Assembly (NCBI GenBank): GCA_049970495.1
Contig: JBMFMV010000002.1
Coordinates: forward strand, 2,485 to 66,484
Length of the DNA stretch: 64,000 bases
Reading direction: 5' to 3'
DNA from: a bacterium
GTDB taxonomy: Bacteria > DUMJ01
In this document: positions 11,021 through 20,090 of the stretch, in pieces
How the letters are laid out: each line of letters opens with the position of its first letter
How positions within the stretch are numbered: the first letter of the stretch is position 1
Program-made: the position numbers and the translations under genes
The notes under the pieces: generated by a model
Databases searched by the model: none
Seen by the model: the letters and a program-made list of their open reading frames with translations, nothing else
Told to the model about the DNA's origin: nothing

Positions 11021-12057
11021 GGGTATAAAGGCACCAAATCAAGTCCAAGATTTTCTTTTAATCCAAACATAATGTTCATATTCTGAACAGCCTGTCCGCT
11101 TGCCCCCTTCACAAGGTTATCTATAGCAGAGTTTATTATAGCTACATCTTCTTCTACAGAGATACCTATATCGCAGAAGTTAGAACCCCTTACCCCCTTA
11201 GTAGAAGGGAATTGACCCAGGGGCATTAAACGGACAAAGAGAGAATCCCTATAGAAACTCTTATAGATACTATACAATTCTTCAGCACTCATCTTCTTTT
11301 TAAGCGGAACATATACAGTTGTCAGTATGCCTCTAGAGATAGGAACAAGCTGTGGTGTAAAGGCAATCTTAACACTTTTTCCCGCCATTAGACTTGCCTC
11401 TTGTTCCATCTCAGGTATATGCCTATGTTTACCAACATTATAGGGTTTGACATTTTCAAATATCTCTGAGAAGTTCATATCGACAGTTCCCTTTCTTCCA
11501 GCTCCAGAAGTGCCTGACTTAGAATCTACATATATCCATTCACCATCAAAAAGATTACTCTTAAGTATAGGGGCTACGGCAAGTAGAAAACTTGTTGGAT
11601 AACAACCTGGATTAGCCACTATCCTAGCATCTTTAATCTTTTCCCTATTTAATTCGGGGATCCCATAGACTGCTTCTTTTACAAGTTCTGGGTACTGATG
11701 CTCAAAGTCATACCACTTCTTATAGTCTTCTAGATTCTTTAACCTAAAATCAGACCCTATATCTATCACCCTTTTACCAGAATGTACGAGAAGATTTGTC
11801 CTCTCCGCACTAACACCAGCCGGAAGGGCTAAGAAAGCCACCTCAAAATCAATATCTCTAATCCTCTCATACTCTTCCTCACTAGTTAGAGATATTGGTT
11901 CAAATCTCTCTAGATGAGGATATATTGTACTAAAGCTTTCCCCCGAATAAGTATGGCTAAAGATATACTTTATCTTTACCTCTGGATGGTTTAAAAGGAT
12001 TCTAAATAGCTCTATACCTGTATACCCAGTTGCTCCCCAGATAGCTACATTTATCAA
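11017..12057 (-). CDS. argC: N-acetyl-gamma-glutamyl-phosphate reductase.
   Basis: The ORF-track start (12105) overlaps argG by 52 nt. A TTG at 12055-12057 (complement), preceded by GAGGGG about 9 nt upstream, gives the canonical N-terminus (M)INVAIWGATGYTG. That TTG overlaps the argG stop as TTGA. The nucleophile region GCYPT is present. Confidence 0.85.
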   Translation of the reverse strand: MINVAIWGATGYTGIELFRILLNHPEVKIKYIFSHTYSGESFSTIYPHLERFEPISLTSEEEYERIRDIDFEVAFLALPAGVSAERTNLLVHSGKRVIDIGSDFRLKNLEDYKKWYDFEHQYPELVKEAVYGIPELNREKIKDARIVANPGCYPTSFLLAVAPILKSNLFDGEWIYVDSKSGTSGAGRKGTVDMNFSEIFENVKPYNVGKHRHIPEMEQEASLMAGKSVKIAFTPQLVPISRGILTTVYVPLKKKMSAEELYSIYKSFYRDSLFVRLMPLGQFPSTKGVRGSNFCDIGISVEEDVAIINSAIDNLVKGASGQAVQNMNIMFGLKENLGLDLVPLYP

Positions 12058-13253
12058 GGTCGCTTTCCCCTCTTCCTTGCAGAAGAACTTAGAGGTAAAC
12101 CCCATATGTATATGAAACCTTCAGCCTTCTTTTGATCAAATACATCTCCCTTTTCGTAAGTTGCCAATGACCTCTCATAGAGAGAGAAGGGAGAATTTCT
12201 CTGAGAGACGATAATATTGCCCTTGTATAACTTTAACTTGACTGTTCCGTTTACAATCTCTTGGGTAACATCAAAAAATGCCTCAAGAGCCTCTCTCATG
12301 TGGGAGAACCACAACCCATCATATATGAGTCTTGCATATTCACTTTCAAGACTGCTCTTTAGTAAAAGAAGATTACGCTCCATAACTAGATGTTCTAACT
12401 CTTTATGTGCAGATATTATAACAGTAGCTGCTGGAACTTCGTATACCTCTCTAGACTTTATACCAACAAGCCTATCCTCTATCATATCTATTCTTCCGAT
12501 TCCATGAAGTCCTGCAAGAGAATTAAGAGCAGAGATAATCTCTATTAGTGGTAGTTCTTTTCCATTTAATGAGACAGGGATGCCTCTTTCAAACCCTATC
12601 TCCACATATTCGGGTTCATCTGGAGCAGACATAGGAGATCTTGTCCAGACAAATGGTTCCTCAGGCGGCTCTACCTTTAGATCCTCTAAGATGCCAGATT
12701 CTATGCTCCTACCCCACAAGTTTTCATCTATACTGTAGGGGGATTTCTTAGTAACTGGCACAGGAATCCGATTTTTTTCTGCATACTCTATCTCTTCTTC
12801 TCTTGAGAATCCCCATTCTCTTATAGGCGCAATAATCTCTAAATTTGGGTCTAATGCCCTTACAGAGACTTCTATCCTCACTTGATCATTTCCCTTACCA
12901 GTGCAACCATGCGCTACAGCATCTGCACCGTACATCTTGGCAGTTTTTACCAATTCTCTTGCTATCAATGGTCTAGATATTGATGTAGAAAGCGGATACT
13001 TACCTTCATAAAGTGCATTCGCCTTTATTACTCTTTTGACATAATGGTTTACAAAAACTTCCTTTGCGTCTACGACAACCGCATTCTTTGCACCTATATC
13101 TAAAGCCTTCTTTCTTACCGCCTCAAGGTCTATTGGTTGACCTATATCTAAGGTGAGGGTAATAACCTCAGCATTATATTTTTCCTGAATCCATCTTATA
13201 GCAACAGAAGTATCAAGACCTCCTGAATAGGCTAAAACTACTCTCTTTGCCAT
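12054..13253 (-). CDS. argG: Argininosuccinate synthase.
   Basis: 399 aa. The PP-loop AYSGGLDTS is at the N-terminus. The remainder is the ArgG family pattern. Confidence 0.95.
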   Translation of the reverse strand: MAKRVVLAYSGGLDTSVAIRWIQEKYNAEVITLTLDIGQPIDLEAVRKKALDIGAKNAVVVDAKEVFVNHYVKRVIKANALYEGKYPLSTSISRPLIARELVKTAKMYGADAVAHGCTGKGNDQVRIEVSVRALDPNLEIIAPIREWGFSREEEIEYAEKNRIPVPVTKKSPYSIDENLWGRSIESGILEDLKVEPPEEPFVWTRSPMSAPDEPEYVEIGFERGIPVSLNGKELPLIEIISALNSLAGLHGIGRIDMIEDRLVGIKSREVYEVPAATVIISAHKELEHLVMERNLLLLKSSLESEYARLIYDGLWFSHMREALEAFFDVTQEIVNGTVKLKLYKGNIIVSQRNSPFSLYERSLATYEKGDVFDQKKAEGFIYIWGLPLSSSARKRGKRP

Positions 13254-13283
13254 CCTTTTCCCTCCGAGTTTATATTCTGATTA

Positions 13284-13312
13284 ATTATACAAGGTAAGGT
13301 CAAGATATGCAA
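13284..13312 (-). promoter_or_regulatory. Candidate sigma70-type promoter for the arg operon.
   Basis: On the minus strand the sequence reads TTGCAT - 17 nt - TATAAT. This ends about 30 nt upstream of the argG ATG. A GGAGGG RBS lies 7 nt before the ATG. Confidence 0.4.
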
Positions 13313-13421
13313 TAGTTACCCCATCCTGTAACTGTTGACTTATATAAATCTGTTGTAGTAGAATTTACTTAACTTTATTGTTTATATTACAGTAAATAGT
13401 AAAATTTGGAGGTGAGGAAAG

Positions 13422-14783
13422 ATGTTTAGATTCAAAAGTTTTCCAGTCTGGGCAGTCTTACTAGTCTTATTCTTTACCCTTTCTGTAGGAAGCTCTTTTG
13501 TCTATGCCCAAAAGGCAACTATTACAATCCTATGGAGGGACGATCCGGATGAAGTTCCAGTCTTGGACGAATTGATTGCCAATTTCAATAAGACTCATCC
13601 TAAAATAGAGGTCAAAGCAATTATAGTTCCTTACGAAGAGTATGATCCTAAACTTTTCTCTATGTGGGCAGCTGGTACCCCACCTGACATCTTTTGGTGT
13701 GCTGCAGAGTCTGGATATGTAGACCATGCAATAAGAGATATGAATTTTACCTTAAATTCCTTTATAACAAGAGATAAGAAATCTATAGATATTAATGACT
13801 TTTATCCAGCAGCAATAGAAGGAGCTACCTTTAGAGGGGATATAAAGGGCTTACCTTTTGCTCAGGCTTATACTGCGGTATTTTACAATGCAACACTATT
13901 TGATAATGCTGGTATAAAGTATCCTACAACTAGCTGGACAGATAAGACTTGGACTTGGGATAAGATGGTTGAGATAGCCAAAAAATTAACGAAAGATATA
14001 AATGGTGATGGTAGGATAGACCAATATGGACTTTTGGATACTCGAGATCTCTTTGAGATAGCTTGGGCTTGGGGTGGAGATATGTTTGATGCAGATGTAT
14101 ACAAGGGATATCCACCTAAGAGGTTAGCTTTGGATAAAGTCAAGAATTATAATGCGCTATTAAAGGCTCTTCAAGAAAGGGCTGACTTACTATATAAGCA
14201 CAAGGTAAGTCCGACTCCGGCAACTTTACAAGTTATAGAACAGATGGGGCCTCCTCTAAAAACTGGAAAAGTTGGTATGGTTATAAGTGGTGATTGGTCT
14301 ATCTGGGGAGCTATGCCTAAGAACTATAAGTGGGGTATTGCAGCGGTACCATATAGCGTTCCAAATGTAAAGAAGGTCTGTCTCTATACAGACCCTTTAG
14401 AGATAGCAAGAACATCTAAGTATATTAACGAGGCTTGGGAATTTGTTAAGTATCTTGCAAGTCCATCTTCACAGAAGATTCTCATAGAAAAGACTAGTCG
14501 TATATCATCTAGGCAATCTTTAAGGAAGGATTATATTGAAAAGATAAGTTCTTTCTTGGTAAATAGCAAGAAAGAACTAGAGGAGGTATTAAGCGGAGCT
14601 TTTAAGTATTGTCAGGAAGATGCAGAGCATACGGTTTTTGGCTTCTATCAACTACAGTCTGTATGGACATCTGAAACCGACCCCTTATGGCTTGGAAAGA
14701 AGCAGCCCAAAGAAGTATTAGATACTCTAATTGAGAAGGTAAATCAAGCTATAGCAGAAAATCTAAAGAAGATATCTAAGTAG
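13422..14783 (+). CDS. Sugar ABC transporter substrate-binding protein (family-1 extracellular SBP, CUT1).
   Basis: 453 aa. An N-terminal signal peptide is present (FPVWAVLLVLFFTLSVGSSFVYA). The rest is SBP_bac_1-like. The next two genes are MalF/MalG-type permeases. Confidence 0.8.
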   Translation: MFRFKSFPVWAVLLVLFFTLSVGSSFVYAQKATITILWRDDPDEVPVLDELIANFNKTHPKIEVKAIIVPYEEYDPKLFSMWAAGTPPDIFWCAAESGYVDHAIRDMNFTLNSFITRDKKSIDINDFYPAAIEGATFRGDIKGLPFAQAYTAVFYNATLFDNAGIKYPTTSWTDKTWTWDKMVEIAKKLTKDINGDGRIDQYGLLDTRDLFEIAWAWGGDMFDADVYKGYPPKRLALDKVKNYNALLKALQERADLLYKHKVSPTPATLQVIEQMGPPLKTGKVGMVISGDWSIWGAMPKNYKWGIAAVPYSVPNVKKVCLYTDPLEIARTSKYINEAWEFVKYLASPSSQKILIEKTSRISSRQSLRKDYIEKISSFLVNSKKELEEVLSGAFKYCQEDAEHTVFGFYQLQSVWTSETDPLWLGKKQPKEVLDTLIEKVNQAIAENLKKISK

Positions 14784-14840
14784 AAAAATATCGGGGCTTG
14801 GAATATTCCAACCCCCAATAGAAATAATTACGAGGAAAAT

Positions 14841-15746
14841 ATGAGAACCAAGATGAGTCCTATGACAAAAAGGGAAGAAAGATATTTTTATCTTTTTATT
14901 TCGCCTTGGATATTAGGTTTTTTAATCTTTATAGCAGGACCAATTATAGCTTCTCTATATTTTAGTTTTTGCAACTATGATGTCGTAACACCACCTATTT
15001 GGGTAGGTCTACAAAATTACAAAAGACTATTCCTTGATCCACTATTCTGGCAGGCGCTAAAGGTTACATCTTATTACTCTTTACTCAGTGTCCCTTTAGG
15101 CATAATACTCTCTCTCGTAATAGCCATTCTTCTGAATCAAAAGATAAGAGGTTTAGTGTGGTTTAGGACTATATACTATATACCCTCTGTAATCTCTGGT
15201 GTTGCAGTATCACTTCTATGGATGTGGATCTTTAACCCCGAATTTGGCATTCTTAACTTCCTTCTATGGAGACTCTTTCGTATTCATGGACCAGCTTGGC
15301 TTATGAGTGAGGAGTGGGTTATACCTGCACTTATCATTATGAGTTTTTGGGGTATAGGAGGAGATATTGTAATATACTTAGCGGGACTTCAGGGTATTCC
15401 TACAGAACTTTATGAGGCAGCAGAGATAGATGGAGCAAACTCTTTTAAGAAGTTTTTAAATATAACAATCCCAATGATGAGCCCCATTTTACTCTTTACT
15501 CTTGTAATGGGGATAATAGGATCTTTTCAGGTATTTACACAGGCATATGTTATGACTAGAGGAGGACCACACTACGCCTCACTATTCTATGTGCTCTATA
15601 TCTATCAGAACGCCTTTCAATTCTTCAGTATGGGATATGCCTCAGCACTTTCCTGGATATTGTTTGTAATAATACTCTTATTGACGCTACTCATCTTTAA
15701 ATCATCCCCTCTCTGGGTTTACTATGAGAGCACTAGAGAAAGGTAA
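14841..15746 (+). CDS. Sugar ABC transporter permease (MalF/UgpA-like).
   Basis: 301 aa, with about six TM segments. The EAA-like loop reads EAAEIDGANSFKKFLNITIP. Confidence 0.85.
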   Translation: MRTKMSPMTKREERYFYLFISPWILGFLIFIAGPIIASLYFSFCNYDVVTPPIWVGLQNYKRLFLDPLFWQALKVTSYYSLLSVPLGIILSLVIAILLNQKIRGLVWFRTIYYIPSVISGVAVSLLWMWIFNPEFGILNFLLWRLFRIHGPAWLMSEEWVIPALIIMSFWGIGGDIVIYLAGLQGIPTELYEAAEIDGANSFKKFLNITIPMMSPILLFTLVMGIIGSFQVFTQAYVMTRGGPHYASLFYVLYIYQNAFQFFSMGYASALSWILFVIILLLTLLIFKSSPLWVYYESTRER

Positions 15747-15756
15747 GTGATGGGAT

Positions 15757-16602
15757 ATGTTAGGTAGCAGAAAAAGAGGAGAATTTTTAATAAAGACTAT
15801 AGTGTATATACTTCTTATAGTGTCAAGTATTATTATACTAATCCCTATATTTTGGATGCTTTCAACTGCTTTAAAGGAGGATTCAGAGGTATATCTATTC
15901 CCACCTGAATGGATTCCTAGAAAAATGTATCCAAGTAACTTTGTTAGAGCTCTTACATTTTTGCCCTTTGGTAGATACTTTATAAATACTAGTATTATAA
16001 CCTTCCTCTCAGTAGTTGGACAACTAATCTCTTCTTCACTTGTAGCCTTTGGATTCGCAAGACTTAATGCTAGGGGCAAAGACTTACTCTTCTTACTAGT
16101 CCTATCTACTATGATGATACCTTCACAGATAACAATGATACCAATCTTTGTGCTTTTTAAGTTATTAAACTGGGTAGATACATTTAAGCCACTTATAATT
16201 CCAAACTTCTTTGGCGGAGCATTCTTTATATTTCTATTACGTCAATTCTATATGACGATTCCTATAGAACTCGATGATGCGGCTAAAATAGATGGTTGTA
16301 GTTACTTTGGAATTTATACTAGGATAATCCTTCCCCTCACAAAGCCCGCTTTGGCTACTGTAGCTATATTCACATTTATGTGGAATTGGAATGACTTTAT
16401 GGGACCATTAATCTACCTAAATAGTAGGGAAAAGTTAACACTGAGTCTAGCCTTGAGTAGATTTACCGGTATGTACGGAATGACAGCATGGAACTTATTA
16501 ATGGCAGCGTCTATAGTGGTAGCCCTACCTTGTTTTATCTTATTCTTCTTTGCCCAGAAGTATTTTATTCAGGGGATAGTAATAACTGGATTAAAGGGCT
16601 AA
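15757..16602 (+). CDS. Sugar ABC transporter permease (MalG/UgpE-like).
   Basis: 281 aa, multi-TM. The EAA loop reads DDAAKIDGCSYFGIYTRIILPL. Confidence 0.85.
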   Translation: MLGSRKRGEFLIKTIVYILLIVSSIIILIPIFWMLSTALKEDSEVYLFPPEWIPRKMYPSNFVRALTFLPFGRYFINTSIITFLSVVGQLISSSLVAFGFARLNARGKDLLFLLVLSTMMIPSQITMIPIFVLFKLLNWVDTFKPLIIPNFFGGAFFIFLLRQFYMTIPIELDDAAKIDGCSYFGIYTRIILPLTKPALATVAIFTFMWNWNDFMGPLIYLNSREKLTLSLALSRFTGMYGMTAWNLLMAASIVVALPCFILFFFAQKYFIQGIVITGLKG

Positions 16603-16763
16603 GATAAAATTTCTAAAGGAAGGGATATGGAGAAGATATGGGCTTATTTGATACATCTTGGTTTTAATATGTGGCTTGATTGGGAGCATCCTAACTATAA
16701 AGGCAGTGACATAATGTCTACAGACTTTCTTCGCTGTGAAAAAAGAAGTTTAGGATAAACCGA

Positions 16764-17159
16764 TTGAGGAGATACCAAAGAATGGATGAGAGAACTTTCC
16801 CTTCTATTACTTTTTCTGGAATTTCGACTTTAGATCTAGGAGATAGAACTCTAGAGATTATAGAAATCTCGGGACATACTATGGATCCATGTGTGATTTG
16901 GGATAATAATACTGGAGTACTAGTTACAGGTAATTTTGTAGGTTGGAAAGGTATAAACAAGACATTACCTCAATATGAAGATGCAGGGCTTTATATTTCT
17001 TCGATAAAAAAGATGATAGATTTAGAACCTTCTTATCTTATATCTAGACATCTTACTATTATCGAAGGTAAGGAGAAGGTGAAGATCTTTTTAGAAGAAT
17101 CTATTTCCTATGCCCATAGGATAGATGAGCTGGTAAGAGAAGGTATAGGAAGAAAATGA
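16764..17159 (+). pseudogene. Truncated metallo-beta-lactamase-fold gene. Only the C-terminal half is present.
   Basis: The 131-aa ORF starts at a TTG. It contains EIIEISGHTMDPCVIW...VTGNFVG, which matches the distal GHTxGH / D...GD part of MBL-fold hydrolases. No HxHxDH N-terminal half exists upstream. Two unrelated small ORFs flank it (16626-16757 and 17156-17272). Confidence 0.4.
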
Positions 17160-17297
17160 ATAATCTACGAGAAATCGCCGAATATGTCTGTAAAAATTTA
17201 GAAGCAACCTTAACACCTCAAGGGTTGAGTACTATAAATGCTCAATTAAAGAAGGAAGATATGGTATAATATCATAGATTAAGAGGAGACTATTTCG

Positions 17298-18194
17298 ATG
17301 TATCACTCACATATAGAGGTAAATAAAAATAATCTTATAGTAGCTATACTTTTAAACTTTTCTATTACTGCGGTAGAGATAATAGGTGGTCTCATCTCTG
17401 GAAGTTTGTCCCTTATATCTGATGCTCTCCACAATCTCAGTGATGCCTTAGCTATAGTGATTAGTTTCTTTGCCCTAAAGATATCCCAAAGGCAGAATAA
17501 TGAAAGACTCACATTTGGATATAAGAGGATAGAAATTTTATCTGCCCTTTTTAATGGGGTTGTCCTACTAGCCATATCTATATTTCTTTTTAAAGAGGCA
17601 TACTTAAAACTCAAGAATCCTGAGACTATAAACAGTACTCTAATGATGATTGTAGCATTGGTAGGACTTATAGCTAATCTTATCTCTGTTCTTATCTTAA
17701 GAGAAGACTCTCATAAGAGTCTCAATGTTAGGTCTGCTTATATACATCTTTTATCTGACACTCTATCATCTATAGGAGTTGTTATAGGAGGAATCTTGAT
17801 ATATCTGTATAAAATCTATTATATCGACCCTATATTGACATTTATCATTGGGATATACATTATTAGGGAATCCTTAGCTATAATTAGTGAGACTGTTGAG
17901 ATATTAATGCAGGCGGTTCCCAAGAATATTGATATAAAGAGGATAAAAGAAGAGATAGAAGCTTTAGAAGAGGTTAAAGACTTGCATCACATTCATATAT
18001 GGAGACTTAATGATACAGATATACACTTTGAAGGACATATAAATCTTAAGGAAAATCTCAATATAACGGAGATTGTCCCTTTATATGAGAAAATAGATGA
18101 TATACTAAAGAATCATGGTGTAACACACTCTACTATTCAGATAGAATACGAGTGTTGTAAAGGAGTAGGGCTTATTAAAAGGGCAGCCCATTAA
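17298..18194 (+). CDS. Cation diffusion facilitator family metal efflux transporter (CzcD/ZitB-like).
   Basis: 298 aa. The SDALHNLSD motif sits in TM2, with HLLSD later. There are six TM segments and a C-terminal cytoplasmic domain. Confidence 0.85.
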   Translation: MYHSHIEVNKNNLIVAILLNFSITAVEIIGGLISGSLSLISDALHNLSDALAIVISFFALKISQRQNNERLTFGYKRIEILSALFNGVVLLAISIFLFKEAYLKLKNPETINSTLMMIVALVGLIANLISVLILREDSHKSLNVRSAYIHLLSDTLSSIGVVIGGILIYLYKIYYIDPILTFIIGIYIIRESLAIISETVEILMQAVPKNIDIKRIKEEIEALEEVKDLHHIHIWRLNDTDIHFEGHINLKENLNITEIVPLYEKIDDILKNHGVTHSTIQIEYECCKGVGLIKRAAH

Positions 18195-18313
18195 TCATTC
18201 CTTCCCTTTTTATCCTATTAGGTAGGTTTATTAATCTACCTTGCATATTACCCCACAAAGAGTATAATCTATATTGGAGATTAATTTTACTAGAATTTAA
18301 GGAGGTCTTAATT

Positions 18314-19348
18314 ATGGAACTTTTAGCCCCCTCTGTAGAGGAGTGGAAGAGACTATTTGAACTAGTAGAAAAGTTTAAGAATCTGGAAAGTTGGTACTGG
18401 ATGGGATACGGAGACGTTTTTGGTGTTCAGGACCCTAATACCGGTACTATATGCTACTTTAATGTCATAGCATTTGAAATGGAAGATTCGGAGGTTTATG
18501 GACTAGCAGTATATATTGGAAAGGATGGGCTATCTTCTCTTCTAGAGATGCTAGATGAAGTACATGATGACGAGGAACAGTTTTTTTATAACGATCTAAT
18601 AATAATTCAGTTTGTAGATAGAAAAATTCTAACTAAGGAAGACTTAGAAATAATAAAGAAAGTAGGACTGAAGTTTAGAGGTAAAAATAACTGGATATTA
18701 TTTAGAAGGTGCATCCCGGGTTATATTCCAAGAATGTTAAACAAAGAGGAGGTAAACCTACTAAACTCTGTCCTAGATCAGGCTATAGATGTATGTCTAA
18801 TGTTTAAGGAAAATCCTAACTTAAAAAGTATGGATAAAGTCCTTATAAGGACTTGCAAGAAGGAAGACTCGAAGGTTATTTGGGAGGATGAGCAGGTAAG
18901 TTTAGATTATCCTGATGAAGAATTAATAGTATACGACACAAATGAGATAATTGAAAAGGGCATAAATGAGATTAAACCAAAGAAGACTCTTGATGAATGG
19001 GCTATAGACTTCTTTTTCCTGCCTAATCCTGTACAAGACGAAGAGAGCGGAGATATCTATTTTCCATATCTTGGTATAGTTATGAATAATATCATGAAGA
19101 CTGGTATTAACCTTGAGATGTTCAAATATTCTAGAGAGAATCGACTTATATACCCACAGGAGCTATTTATAAATACTGTTAGTATGACACAGTCTCTCCC
19201 CAGGTCTATAGTAGTAAAAAATGATAGTATCTATAATGCATTATTAGATATTACTCAGCCTCTAGGCATAGAGCTCAGAATAATGGATAGGATTGATATA
19301 ATAGAAGATTTCAAAAACTCAGTTAGAGAATCTGCATCTGAAGAATAG
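18314..19348 (+). CDS. Hypothetical acidic cytoplasmic protein. I do not recognise the family.
   Basis: 344 aa with no TM segments or signal peptide. It is Asp/Glu-rich. It is the only long ORF in this interval. A GGAGG RBS lies 8 nt upstream. Confidence 0.55.
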   Translation: MELLAPSVEEWKRLFELVEKFKNLESWYWMGYGDVFGVQDPNTGTICYFNVIAFEMEDSEVYGLAVYIGKDGLSSLLEMLDEVHDDEEQFFYNDLIIIQFVDRKILTKEDLEIIKKVGLKFRGKNNWILFRRCIPGYIPRMLNKEEVNLLNSVLDQAIDVCLMFKENPNLKSMDKVLIRTCKKEDSKVIWEDEQVSLDYPDEELIVYDTNEIIEKGINEIKPKKTLDEWAIDFFFLPNPVQDEESGDIYFPYLGIVMNNIMKTGINLEMFKYSRENRLIYPQELFINTVSMTQSLPRSIVVKNDSIYNALLDITQPLGIELRIMDRIDIIEDFKNSVRESASEE

Positions 19349-19390
19349 TAGAATAAATTATTCCTATATATCGTCTAAAGTAGTAGGACT

Positions 19391-20077
19391 ATGGAAGAGC
19401 TTATTCTTATCGATAACATACATAAAGTATACAAGATGGATGGTGTTGAGACTATAGCTTTAAATGGGGTAAGCCTTACCATTAATAGAGGAGACTTTAA
19501 AGCTATTATGGGTCCTTCGGGGTCAGGTAAATCTACAATGATGCATATTATAGGATGTCTTGATAGGCCTACTTCCGGTAGAGTACTTTGGGAGGGAAAA
19601 GACGTTTCTAAACTCTCAGATGATGAATTAGCCATAATAAGAAACAGAAAGATCGGATTTGTCTTCCAGAGCTTTTATCTATTACCCAGATATACAGCAT
19701 TACAGAACGTAGAGCTCCCTCTTATATATAGGGGACTTTCTCCAAAAGAACGGAAGGAGAAGGCTAAAAGACTCTTAGAATTGGTAGGATTAGGGGATCG
19801 AATCGATTATCGTCCTACTCAGTTATCTGGAGGGCAACAGCAAAGAGTAGCCATAGCTAGGGCATTAGCTGTAGAGCCTGTAATACTTCTGGCAGATGAA
19901 CCTACTGGAAACCTTGATAGTAAATCTAGCCATGAGATTATGGAGCTTATATCAGAACTCCATAGCCAAGGCTTAACCATAGTCCTAGTAACACATGAGC
20001 ATGATATAGCAAGTTTTGCTAAAGAGATAGTAAGAATGGCTGATGGGGAAATTATTGGTATAGAAAAACGTTCTTGA
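19391..20077 (+). CDS. ABC transporter ATP-binding protein (MacB/LolD type).
   Basis: 228 aa. Walker A is GPSGSGKST. The ABC signature LSGGQQQRVAIARAL and Walker B LLADEPTGNLD are present. Confidence 0.85.
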   Translation: MEELILIDNIHKVYKMDGVETIALNGVSLTINRGDFKAIMGPSGSGKSTMMHIIGCLDRPTSGRVLWEGKDVSKLSDDELAIIRNRKIGFVFQSFYLLPRYTALQNVELPLIYRGLSPKERKEKAKRLLELVGLGDRIDYRPTQLSGGQQQRVAIARALAVEPVILLADEPTGNLDSKSSHEIMELISELHSQGLTIVLVTHEHDIASFAKEIVRMADGEIIGIEKRS

Positions 20078-20090
20078 GGTTAGGGGAGAG

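Noticed and set aside
12217-12507. 96-aa plus-strand ORF inside argG.
   Set aside because: It is antisense to argG, and the other small plus-strand ORFs within the arg operon are rejected for the same reason. All are spurious given the uninterrupted, motif-rich minus-strand genes.
13254-13330. Possible ArgR box (TATATTCTGATTAATTATAC) near the arg promoter.
   Set aside because: It resembles the WNTGAATWWWWATTCANW consensus only loosely (one TGAAT-like half-site). It is not strong enough to call without a genome-wide motif comparison.
15702-16079. 125-aa minus-strand ORF overlapping the junction of the two sugar permease genes.
   Set aside because: It is antisense to two conserved permease genes and has no start context or recognisable motifs.
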